Source: Eledone cirrhosa
Taxonomy: Eukaryota
Direction of reading: 5' to 3'
NCBI GenBank assembly: GCA_964016885.1
Contig: OZ024743.1
Location: 149,172,001 to 149,236,000, forward strand
Length of the DNA stretch: 64,000 nucleotides
Part shown: positions 11,250 to 22,700 of the stretch, one piece after another
Layout of the letters: each line of letters starts with the position of its first letter
How positions within the stretch are numbered: the first letter of the stretch is position 1
Translations under genes and position numbers: made by a program
Notes under the pieces: generated by a model
What the model was told of the DNA's origin: nothing
The model's database searches: none
Seen by the model: only the letters and a program-made list of their open reading frames with translations

Positions 11250-12290
11250 CTTGTAATTACATCATCAACACCACCACCCTCGATAGGCCTGACGGCCAAT
11301 CCTTGAGCCTGGGACTTCTTCCACTGCTGCCCCACCAACCTTGTCTATGGGTGCTGTTGCTTCCTATGCTGTCTACATTGGAGAAACTGGGCTTCAACTG
11401 GCAGACCAGTTCGCCAAGCACCTCCAGGACATCCAGTTCAGTAACCGGTTCCCAGTCACCCAACAATTCTACTCCACCAGACACGCCACTTACGGCCTCA
11501 CACTCAGTGGCCTTATCATGTCTTCTGAGGCCTCTGACGTATGCCTGAAAGATGAGCAGCACTCTATTTATTTCTCCACCTCTCTTCCTTTAGCCTTGCT
11601 CATCACACCCCTTACACACCAACACATGTTCCACTTCTTCACTAACATACCCACACACACCCACACAACCAATTTACCAGTTAATCTATATGATCCTACT
11701 ACAATTTTAATCGCACCCACAGCACTAATTAATTAACTAACAAACTCACTCACATAAAAACATGCACACACAAAAACCCACCCATACCTACACATATAGA
11801 AATACAAAAGAATTCCTACAGACACACAAATGTACACATTCACATACATAGAAACAATACAAAATAGTTACATATGCACACACATGCACGAAAAACAAAG
11901 AATTCACAGGCATACACACAGACACTAGTGTGCACACACCAACAATATAAGACTCAGAGTCTTGCACATGTATATATACACACACACAAGCAGAAACAAT
12001 AATGCACACCTACCAAATTCACCCTATCGTCAATACATACAACCACACCTAGATCCTCCACTTCAGCCCCCACTTCCAAATGCTGGACCACTTACCTACC
12101 ACCTTCAGCCTTCTTAACAACCCAAACTTTCATGTACCTACCTGCTCTGTCTCTAACTGAACTCTCCATTTCCTTACGAAGGATTTCCGTTCAAAGCACT
12201 GAAACCTCCTCTGCTTCCTCCTAAATGTGATCCTAATAAAACTTTGTACTTTTGCCTCCCTGTGTTTGTTTTGTTTTATTTGTCCAACTA
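11250..12290 (+). mobile_element. Degraded Penelope-like element, 3' part (GIY-YIG)
   Basis: VYIGETGLQLADQFAKHLQDI...PVTQQF...EQHSIYF, followed by a CA-rich UTR and AATAAA before (TA)n. Confidence 0.8.
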
Positions 12291-12420
12291 TATAGATATA
12301 TATAGTTGAACAAATATATATATATATATATATGTAAAAGTTCTATTTAAATTGTTGGGATACAACAAGCAAATATTTTTATAACTGATATAAAGCACTC
12401 AACAAATATTTGGAGTAAAA

Positions 12421-12764
12421 ATACGATATTAACAAATGGAAACTATATTTATAAAACCATATTTATTTCATTATACATATTTCAAGGACACCAAGTTAAA
12501 TTATGGTGTGCTTTCATCATATAAAATATAATATAGATCAGTTTTATAAATAAATATTAACATACCCTTAAAGAATGCAACCCGGGAGCTTCCAACAGTA
12601 ATGGTTGCATTCTTTAAGGGTATGTCAATATTTATTTATAAAACTGATCTATATTATATTTTATCTGATGAAAGCACACCATAATTTAACTTGGTGTCCT
12701 TGAAATATGTATAATGAAATAAATATGGTTTTATAAATATAGTTTCCATTTGTTAATATCGTAT
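12421..12764. repeat. Palindrome (~162-bp arms, ~20-bp spacer) containing a hammerhead-like core; probable inverted PLE terminus
   Basis: 12421-12582 is the reverse complement of 12603-12764. CTGATGA at 12665, hairpin aagcacacca/tggtgtcctt, GAAA at 12702. Confidence 0.85.
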
Positions 12765-12768
12765 ATAT

Positions 12769-14314
12769 ATCATCATCATCATCATCATCAGGTTTAGCGT
12801 CCATGTTCCACGCTTGCATGGGTTTGGACGGGGGTTTTCCCACTTGAGGCAAGAGTGGTTGTCTTGCTCGCATAGGACTGTCTGGCGGGTTTTCTACAGC
12901 TGGATGCCCTTCCTAACACCAACCACATTTACAGTGTGGCGCTGGGAGGTTTTTACCGTGTTGCCTACACGGCCACATTACAGCGTGGACTGTCTGGCGG
13001 GTTTTCTACAGCTGGATGCCCTTCCTAACACCAACCACGTTTACAGTGTGAGGCTGGGAGGTTTTTACCGTGTTGCCTACATGGCCACATTTACAGCGTG
13101 GACTGTGTGTTTTTTTTGTCGTGACACCTACACGATCTCATTTGTTTCGGCCTGGATGTTGTGGGACCAACATAACTTTACATCGAAAGGGGCGGTGTGG
13201 ATGGGGTGGAGGTGGTGGGACGGGGGTGTGTTTTGATAGAGATGCCTACTGACTGTAGTAGGTTTTTTCTTTGTATTTAGGTAAGGCGGGTCTTCTCTAT
13301 TACTGAGTACCGCCAAAGGTCTCGGTCCAGTGACATTGTCTTGGAGAGGTGTAAGCGTGTGAGGTCTGAATTTATCATGTCGTCCCAGGTTTTTCTGGGT
13401 CTACCTACTCCGTGGCTACCGTCTATCTTTATTGCCCTGCACTTTGTTATACAGCTGTCGTCTTTCATGCGCATCACTTGACCGTACCAACATAGCCTTC
13501 TCTCGAGTAAACAACATCTGATCCATCTTATTTCTAATTTTTTCCTTAGTTCGTTTATGCTTTGCCGTTCACGTATATTACTATTGCACATCCAGCGGAG
13601 CATGCAAGCTTCGTTCCTCTCTAGTCTGCGTATATCCTCTGCACACAATGCCCAGGTCTCACTGCCATGCAGCATTGCTGTTCGTATGCAGGCATCGTAT
13701 AACCTGCCTTTAATTTTTAGGGAGAACCCTCTAGCGGCTAATAGTGGTATAAGCTCTCTGAACTTTTTCCATCCAGTTCTGACTCTAGCTACTGTACTTT
13801 CAGAGCACCCTACCCCACTGCTGATTTTGTCACCCAGGTAACGGAAGCTGTCCACTATTTCTATAGAAACCTCTGCGCAGTTGAAGGAGCTAGTATTTTG
13901 TGGGCACTTGCTGCTACTTATTGCACCAGAGCACCAGCCACATGTAAAATCTATGTTCTTAGTTAGCTTACCTGTGATCCCACTACATCTTTTATGCACC
14001 CATACTTTGCATTTGGGACATAAAATGGAGTTTCTACCTACGCCTTTCCTACACACTGAGCATGGCCATTTCCCAGAAGGGACCGCCGCCTTATTTTCTT
14101 TCCTACAAACTAGAACTTTAGTCTTAGCCAGGTTAATTTTAAGGCCTTTTGATTCTAGGCTGTGCTTCCATGTTTGGAATTTCTTCTCTAGTTCGGTCAT
14201 TGATTCAGCTATGACCGTCAGATCATCTGCGTATAGGAGTTCCCATGGGCAGCCGGTCTTGAACTCCTCTGTTATAGCCTGAAGGGCAATAATAAATAGT
14301 AGGGGGCTAAGAAC

Positions 14315-14316
<2 letters not shown>
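12769..14316 (-). mobile_element. 5'-truncated RTE LINE (RT C-terminal half and 3' UTR)
   Basis: ORF 13277-14377 with SVLSPLLF, LLYADD, FRYLG and a (GAT)n tail. Confidence 0.95.
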
Positions 14317-14353
<37 letters not shown>

Positions 14354-14356
<3 letters not shown>

Positions 14357-16143
14357 ACGGAAAAAGTAATAGCGCAACTAATCAGAGAGAGAATTGACCT
14401 AGATGAAATGCAGTTCGGGTTTGTGTCAGGCAAAAGTACCACAGACGCTCTTTTCATAGTACGACAACTACAGGAGAAGTACCTAGCTAAAGGTAAACCC
14501 CTCTACTTAGCTTTTGTCGAGTTGGAGAAAGCCTTCGACAGAGTCCCCCGCTCCATTATCTGGTGGGCTCTTAGAAAACTAGGCGTTGACGAATGGCTTG
14601 TGAGGGCTATACAAGCCATGTATAAAGAAACAGTCAGCAAGGTTAGAATTAACAACGAATATAGTGAAGAGTTTAGCGTAAAAGTTGGCGTCCATCAGGG
14701 CTCTGTTCTCAGCCCCCTACTATTTATTATTGCCCTTCAGGCTATAACAGAGGAGTTCAAGACAGGCTGCCCATGGGAACTCCTATACGCAGACGACCTG
14801 ACACTCATAGCGGAATCAATGGCCGAGCTAGAGAAGAAATTCCAAACATGGAAGCACGGCCTAGAGTCAAAAGGACTTAAAATTAACCTGGCTAAGACCA
14901 AAGTACTAGTTTGTAGGAAAGAAAACAAGGCGGCGGTCCCTTCTGGGAAATGGTCGTGCTCGGTGTGTAGGAAAGGCGTAGGTAGAAACTCCATTTTATG
15001 TCCTAAATGCAAAGTATGGGTGCATAAAAGATGTAGTGGGATCACAGGTAAGCTAACTAAGAACATAGATTTTACATGTGGCCAGTGTTCTGGTGCAATA
15101 AGTAGCAGCAAGTGCCCACAAAATACTAGCTCTTTCAATTGCGCAGAGGGTTCTCTAGAAATAGTGGACAGCTTCCGTTACCTGGGCGATAAAATCAGCA
15201 GTGGGGGAGGGTGCTCTGAAAGTACTGTAGCTAGAGTCAGAACTGGTTGGAAAAAGTTCAGAGAGCTTATACCACTATTAGCTGCTAAAGGGTTCTCCCT
15301 AAAAATGAAAGGCAGGTTGTACGATGCCTGCATACGAACAGCAATGCTGCATGGCAGTGAGACCTGGGCATTGTGTGCAGAGGATATACACAGACTAGAG
15401 AGGAACGAAGCTTGCATGCTCCGCTGGATGTGTAACAGTAATATACGTGAACGGCAAAGCATAAACGAACTAAGGAAAAAATTAGAGATAAGAGGGATCA
15501 GATGTTGTTTACTCGAGAGAAGGCTACGTTGGTATGGACACATGATGCGCATGAAAGTCGATAGCTGTATAACAAAGTGCAGGGCAATAAAGATAGACGG
15601 TAGTCACGGAATAGGCTGACCTAGAAAAACCTGGGACGAGCTGATAAACTCCGACATCACACACTTACACCTCTCCAAGACAATGTCACTGGACCGAGAC
15701 CTTTGGCGGTACTCAGTAACAGAGAAGACCCACCTTACCTAAATATATAGTAAAACCTACTCCAGCCAGTAGGCATCTCTAACAAAATACACCCCGTCCC
15801 ACCACCACCACCCCCACCCATCCACACCACCCCGTTCTATGTAAAGTTATGTTGGTGCCGCGCCATCGAGGCCAAAACAAATGAGATCGTGTAGGTGTCA
15901 CGACAAAAAAACACACAGTCCACGCTGTAATGTGGCCATGTAGGCAACACGGTAAAAACCTCCCAGACCCACACTGTAAATGTGGTTGGTGTTAGGAAGG
16001 GCATCCAACTGTAGAAAACCTGCCAGACAGTCCTATGCGAGCAAGACAATCACTCTTGCCTCAAGTGGGACTACCCCCGTCCAAACCCATGCAAGCGTGG
16101 AACATGGACGTTAAACGTTGATGATGATGATGATGATGATGAT
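14354..16143 (+). mobile_element. 5'-truncated RTE LINE
   Basis: 403-aa ORF, 3' UTR and (GAT)n tail. Confidence 0.95.
14408..15619 (+). CDS. RTE reverse transcriptase (partial) with inserted C4HC3 zinc finger
   Basis: QFGFV, FVELEKAFDRV, GVHQGSVLSP, YADD, KTKV, FRYLG and LHGSETW motifs. Confidence 0.9.
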   Translation: MQFGFVSGKSTTDALFIVRQLQEKYLAKGKPLYLAFVELEKAFDRVPRSIIWWALRKLGVDEWLVRAIQAMYKETVSKVRINNEYSEEFSVKVGVHQGSVLSPLLFIIALQAITEEFKTGCPWELLYADDLTLIAESMAELEKKFQTWKHGLESKGLKINLAKTKVLVCRKENKAAVPSGKWSCSVCRKGVGRNSILCPKCKVWVHKRCSGITGKLTKNIDFTCGQCSGAISSSKCPQNTSSFNCAEGSLEIVDSFRYLGDKISSGGGCSESTVARVRTGWKKFRELIPLLAAKGFSLKMKGRLYDACIRTAMLHGSETWALCAEDIHRLERNEACMLRWMCNSNIRERQSINELRKKLEIRGIRCCLLERRLRWYGHMMRMKVDSCITKCRAIKIDGSHGIG

Positions 16144-16259
16144 AGATAGATAGATAAATAGATAGATAGATAGATCATCATTATCATCATCATCATCATC
16201 ATCATTTTACGTCCGCTTTTCCCTGCTTGAAGATATTGATATATATATATATATATATA

Positions 16260-16450
16260 TAGGAGAAAGTATGACCCCGACGCCAGATCTCAAGCCGTTT
16301 CGACGGCTATTTCTGGACTAAATTAGACGAAACGACTTGAGATCTGGCGTCGGGGTCATACTTTCTCCTATTACCCACTCTACTACCCTAAGTATTGAGT
16401 ACTCTGGTGCGTTATGATCCATCTGGTTCTTTACCACAACTCCTTCATTA
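16260..16450 (+). mobile_element. Fold-back repeat family copy
   Basis: aggagaaagtatgaccccgacgccagatctcaag pairs with cttgagatctggcgtcggggtcatactttctcct, followed by the family tail. Confidence 0.8.
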
Positions 16451-16454
16451 TATA

Positions 16455-16494
<40 letters not shown>

Positions 16495-16634
16495 TACACG
16501 GGTGTGTATGATTGTGTATAGTAGATAATATTAATAAAAGGAATTACAAATTTGTCTGATTTAGTCGTTTTATTTACAATCCTTTAAAATTATAATGAAA
16601 TAGTATGGTAGAATATTAAATGTTAAGTGTTAAT

Positions 16635-16673
16635 TGAACAAATACTTTCATGCTTTCGCAATCTTCAGGTTCA
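16635..16673 (-). ncRNA. Minimal type I hammerhead ribozyme motif
   Basis: tgaac-CTGAAGA-ttgc gaaa gcat-GAAAG-TA-TTT-gttca. Confidence 0.75.
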
Positions 16674-16736
16674 TATTCATTGGGGACAGTCAAGTTTGCA
16701 ATTTTCAATATATATATATATATATAAACAAAACCT

Positions 16737-17169
16737 GTCAATGGCCATCCAAAATCACCGGGAGAGATGACCCCTTAGCCTTTGTCAAGGCAGAATTCTA
16801 GGAGGAGGAAAACTCTGATATGACACCTGCAACTCTGATGGTATCCAATGATGTTGACTTGTTCTTCATTTTGGTAAATATCATCTTGGTTAAGAGAGTG
16901 GGACTGGCTTTGTGCAGTGCCTTTGCTCACTATAAAAGCTTTATGGCACAGGCATTGCTTTATATCTGGAGATCTCTCTGCACTTGTCATCACATGGTAC
17001 TATGGGCCCAGCACTATGTGTCAATAATTGTCACAAGTGTAGTGTTTGTACCAGAGTTTTCACGTTGCTGGCTGGACTAAGAAGTCACACTCGTTCAGCG
17101 CATCTGTAGGGGTTCTCCTACATGGATATAAAGTAGTGGCCATACTCGAAAATGAGTTGGCAGCCACCA
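16737..17169 (+). mobile_element. Non-coding structured retroposon resembling an RTE 5' UTR (near-identical copy at 51457-51888, divergent copies at about 52735-52958 and 53872-54480)
   Basis: Dispersed ~430-bp repeat with a tagcctt...ggca...ctaggagaaggaaaactctga motif and a simple-repeat tail. Confidence 0.75.
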
Positions 17170-17708
17170 TATATATATATACATTCATGCACACATTTAT
17201 ATTGAATTGGGTGTATAAATTGATATCAAAAACAGTACTTGTCTTCTTAATATAAGGCACACACAAATAACATACATTACACTTACATAAGAACACTCAT
17301 GTATGTATATATATATCTATGATTGAATGTGTGTCTGGATGGGTGTGGAAGTGTATGTATTTGTATATGTGTTCGCTGTAAAGAGACTGATATCTGAGTA
17401 TCATTAAGTAATATATGTGATAATATCTCCATTTGACACATGTGTATGTCTGCATTGGATAAATATCACATATATTATCACTGGCATTAAACATTAATAT
17501 GTGTATGTGACAGCTATTACTTTGTAATATATGAATATATATGTGGCTGCATTTGTGTGTGTATAGAAATACATATGCTGGGATGTACTTTCTGTTTGTG
17601 TCCAATTGTAAACCTATGTGTGTGTATTTATATATATATATGTATATAAATATATGCATATATATATATAAATATGTATGTATATATACATATATATATA
17701 TATAAATA

Positions 17709-17761
<53 letters not shown>

Positions 17762-17765
<4 letters not shown>

Positions 17766-18443
17766 TCATCATCATCATCATCATCAGGTTTAGCGTCCGT
17801 GTTCCACGCTTGCATGGGTTTGGACGGGGGTTTTCCCACTTGAGGCAAGAGTGGTTGTCTTGCTCGCATAGGACTGTCTGGCGGGTTTTCTACAGTTGGA
17901 TGCCCTTCCTAACACCAACCACATTTACAGTGTGGGGCTGGGAGGTTTTTACCGTGTTGCCTACACGGCCACATTACAGCGTGGACTGTCTGGCGGGTTT
18001 TCTACAGCTGGATGCCCTTCCTAACACCAACCACATTTACAGTGTGGGGCTGGGAGGTTTTTACCATGTTGCCTACACGGCCACATTACAGCGTGGACTG
18101 TCTGGCGGGTTTTCTACAGCTGGATGCCCTTCCTAACACCAACCACATTTACAGTGTGGGGCTGGGAGGTTTTTACCGTGTTGCCTACATGGCCACATTT
18201 ACAGCGTGGACTGTGTGTTTTTTGTCGTGACACCTACACGATCTCATTTGTTTCGGCCTGGATGTTGTGGGACCAACATAACTTTACATTGAAAGGGGCG
18301 GTGTGGGTGGGGTGGAGGTGGTGGGACGGGGGTGTGTTTTGATAGAGATGCCTACTGACTGTAGTAGGTTTTTACTTTGTATTTAACTGACTGTAGTAGG
18401 TTTTTAGTTTGTATTTAACTGACTGTAGTAGGTTTTTACTTTT

Positions 18444-18445
<2 letters not shown>
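17762..18445 (-). mobile_element. RTE 3' UTR fragment with triplicated 112-bp unit
   Basis: Matches 12769-13275. Units start at 17871, 17983 and 18095. Confidence 0.92.
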
Positions 18446-18502
<57 letters not shown>

Positions 18503-18734
18503 TATTTATATATATAAACTATACTAATTACTGGTACGGGGATGACGAACGTCATCAAGCTGGAGCCGTCCTTTTACGTGGTTTCTTTGTATCTACAGCG
18601 ATAAGTAATCAGAACAATTAAAAATTCCAAAACCATATACCATCAACGAATAAGAACCGAATACATAATATATTATGTTCATTCAACCCTTATAATAAAA
18701 TGTACCACTCATTTAATTACATTCTCACTGACAT

Positions 18735-18955
18735 GAAGGCATGTGGCTGAGTGGTTAGAGAATTGGATTCACAATCTTGAGGTTGTGAGTTCGATTCCTG
18801 GACCGGGCGATGCGTTATGTCCTTGAGCAAGACGCTTTATTTCACGTTGCTCCTTCTACCTGGAGTTGTGACCGATAGATAGTACTAGCAACTGGAAAGA
18901 CCAACGGAAACATTGTTTCCTCGGTCCGATTTGACGAAAGTCGATCGATTAAAAA
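18735..18955 (+). mobile_element. tRNA-derived SINE
   Basis: A box tggctgagtgg, B box gttcgattc and core gtccttgagcaagacgcttt. Confidence 0.85.
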
Positions 18956-18967
18956 TATATATATATA

Positions 18968-19277
18968 TCATCGTCATCATCATTTTACGTCCGCTTTTCC
19001 CTGCTTGCAAGGGTGGGATGGAAACTGATTCTGGCTTGATTTCTACAGCTGGATGCCCTTCCTAACACCAACCTCATTTACAGTAAGTGCTGGGTGCTTT
19101 TTTGCTGTGGCACCTACATGTCCACTTTACAGTCCCAATCATCTCATTTCTACAGCTGAGTAAACTGGAGCAATGTAAAATAAAGTGTCTTGCTCAAGGA
19201 AACAACACATCACCCGGTCTGAGACTTGAACTCACAACCTTTCGATTGCAAGGCCAATGCTCTAACCACTAAGCCAA
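18968..19277 (-). mobile_element. tRNA/RTE-tail SINE
   Basis: Homologous to 6663-7010. Confidence 0.9.
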
Positions 19278-19639
19278 TACACATATGTGATGTGTGTGTT
19301 ATTTATCTTAAACCTGAATATATTTATGTAGTTAAAGATACCATCATTCTATGAATGCTGTATCATTTTCTATATGCAAGTTTGTATTTATATATTGGTA
19401 TATGTATGTATGTCTGTAAGTTGTGTGTAATTTCTCCCCCAGATGTTTTAATTCAGTAAAATATATAGTTTTATAAAAGCCCAGTGAGACTAGCAAAGTT
19501 TAATTCTATTACTATAAAACTATAATTTGATAGTTATCAGACAATTATGCTCTTTTGCCCATTTATTTACTAATAGCTGTCATAAATATGCATATGTGCT
19601 GACATAAACATCTTTCTTTCCATATGTGTATATGTGCAT

Positions 19640-19740
19640 AGAATAATAATAACAACAACAACAATGATAACAACAACAACAGCAACAACAACAATAACAA
19701 CAACAGCAATAACAACAACAAAAACAACAATAATAATAAT
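19640..19740. repeat. (AAC)n/(AAT)n microsatellite
   Basis: Seen directly in the sequence. Confidence 0.9.
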
Positions 19741-22700
19741 TGTTTCATTTATTGGCCACAAGTGCTGACAAATAGGAGACAAAACAGAGACAGTAACTGT
19801 TTTGTTTTTTTACATATATCAACGTGAAAACAATATAAATAACAATAAAAAATTAACAATAAAATTATCACAAATTACACTCCCCAATAGGGGAGGCGGA
19901 TAACAATCCAGGGGTGACTCAGGCACCTCACCAGTCCTGAACCACCTGACGTTTCGAGGGCACCCCTCTCCTCAAATTAACCAGCCTACAGGCGCATACT
20001 GAGTGTAGGCCCATTCACATGAGCTATTCTCACCACATTCATCCACCTTTTAGCAAATGTACTGGGAAACAACACTTCTCTCTTAACTCTCACCTTCCTT
20101 TCCAAGTGAAACTTCAAAAAGTTGATGTGGGATTGGCCAAAGAGAAAAGTGTCTGTCTTCAGTCCTTTCAACCTTGTCCACCATACAACCTCTTTCCCTA
20201 CTGCCATCAGACAGGAAAACTGCCTGTTCTTCTTGGCCAAAAGAAGGTGGAGGGTGATCTTCACTATGGACTCTATTAATAGCCAGATCCGTCCTACATG
20301 CAACAACAGCTGTTTGACATAACTCCAGAAGTCAGTAATGCATGGAGACTAGACGCGTGTGTGCAGAATGCTTTCATTGCTCTGCACACATCTCAGGCAG
20401 GTCCATCTGACAGCACTTCTCTACCTCTAGAGATTATCTCAAACCAGCAGTGCCCCCTGGTAGCACTTTCAAGTGAGGGATTTCTGAAAGTTATCCATAG
20501 TCCCCGGCTTGAAAGTCCTCCAGAACAAATTGGTCAGTTCGATATCATCGACAACCCGAGCCTCTCCAAGTGTGTCATCACACTTGCCCACCACTAATCC
20601 TCTATAGAACTCAAGAGTGGAAGTTCCACTGACTGCATTGCCTGCCTGGTAGAAGGCTGTGAACACCTGACTACATTCCAGATGCCAGATCCACTGAAAT
20701 TTTCCGGGTTCAGTTTTGCTCCCATCAACTTTTCATATTCTTCCAAGAAGGTGCCAACCACCTTGATTTCTGAGGTGTTTGACACCATTACAATGATGTC
20801 ATCTGCATAAGCCAACACAGCCTTTCCACGTCCCAGTTCGATCATGATGCACTACAACAGCTCCAGCTTCCACTGTAAAGGCTCGAGAGTCAATACTTAC
20901 GGAAGGGAGGAGAGAAGTCACCATTGATGGACAAATCGGGAGATCTAAAATGATTTCAAAAGATGGCTATTAATTTTGACCATTGCAGCAATCCAGCCTC
21001 TGAAGACGTGACCGAAGCCTGCCTCCAGGTATCGATGGTCAACCCTATCAAAAGCTTTCAATTGATCTAAATTGATCAGAGCCCCTCTAAAGCCAGGTTT
21101 ACACACTACACTTTCTATGATGTATCGCATGAGGTGGAGGTTGTCGTGTATGGACCTGGTCAGGATTGTGCAAGTTTGCGCCTCCCCTACCAGATCCTTG
21201 ACAACAATTGCCAACCTTTTTGCTAACACATTAGCCAAAATCTTAAACTCTGAAGTTGTCTAATGTATCCCTCTTGTTCTTATCTTTCCTTATCGGCGTC
21301 ACTATACCCAGCTCACAGAACTGGGAATACTCTCATTCTGCTGCCAGTTGCAGTAGAATGCTTGAAGGAGATTGGAGAACAAGTCTGGCATATCAACGTA
21401 AAGTGCCTCATGCAGCTGACTAGGCCATCCCAAATCTTGGCTGAAGTTATCCTTGTCACTTGACCTAATAAAAAAAAACCTACCTATATAAGGTCTAGAT
21501 GACCCTATGCAGTTGGTTCAGGTCTTCACTGGTGCATTATGGAAATCTAATCGGTACCTGTCAGACAGTTGGAACTGGCTGATCAGGTACTTGAGGCTTT
21601 TACACACCCTGCTCTCAGATTAGCTACTCCCACACAATCCCAGCATGCATCTAATATCCGTTCCAGTACCCAGCTAATGGTAAAGGGTGATATGTTTCCA
21701 GAAAGGCTTCCAGGCATCTACAGAAGTCTGGCCATCCAGCCCCTGCTGGGGTGTAGACAGCCACCAGTCTAAAAGCATTGCCTTCACTATTATTCACATC
21801 CAGTACCACCAACTTACCATCCAGGTCTTGGAAGATCAATCTTACCTCAAGATCCAGGCCTTTTCTACACAGCACTGTCACCACACCTCCCATTCCCAAC
21901 TGACTAAGAGTTGTGAAGATTTGATAGTCATCAAAAATCCTGGTCTCGCTGACGGAAATCACATCCATTTCTGGTGACCTGAGGTCATTCAGCAGGCAAC
22001 CCTATTTCCAGGACAAGCCTAGGCCATAAACATTTAAACATCTTACTCTTAGGATAGCCATGTTGGCAGGTTAAAAGAGAGAGAAAAATCTTACTCACCT
22101 CCCAGGGGATTGTGGAGGTTGGGTGGTGTTTGTGTTTGCTGTGTGTGTGGTGTCTGCATTTTCTGTTGTGGTTGTGTGTAATGTATGGAGTTTCATTGTG
22201 TGCCTCATTTTTGTCTTTTTTTTTTTTGCTTTAGGTTTTTGCCTTGTGTTCGGGCCTGGAAGATGATGTGTCTGTAATTGTGTCTGTATTTGCGTTTGTG
22301 GCAATGTGTTTATTTGGGGGTGGGGAGGGGGAATGGGAGAGTTCCTCTTGGATTGGTTTTGCTGCTGGTGATGGTGGTTCGACTGGTGGTGTTGCCAGTG
22401 CTGGTGTTGGTGGTGGTCTTTGCCCTAGCATCTATAGCAAAGGAGATTTATGGCCCCCTACAGTTTTGAGCTGAGGGAAAAAGGCTCACAATGTGCGGCT
22501 TCACCACAAATTAAATGGTGTAGCACCCTCTGTAATTACTTGTATTTCATACCCATCCGGCAGTTTGATGTCGTCTGGGATATTTTTATGTCTTTGAGTC
22601 TAATTTGAAGAAGGACCACCTCTCCCTTTTTGTAAATTTGACGTTGAGGAGGGTGTCAAGACCTTCTGACATCATGCATGCCAAGAGTCACCATAGGTCT

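Noticed and set aside
16775-17296. ORFs repeated at 51495-52074 suggesting a duplicated gene
   Set aside because: They lie within a dispersed repeat, and the divergent copies conserve base pairing rather than reading frame.
17871-18212. CRISPR-like periodic repeats
   Set aside because: The whole 112-bp unit repeats with no unique spacers, it belongs to a LINE 3' UTR, and no cas genes are present.
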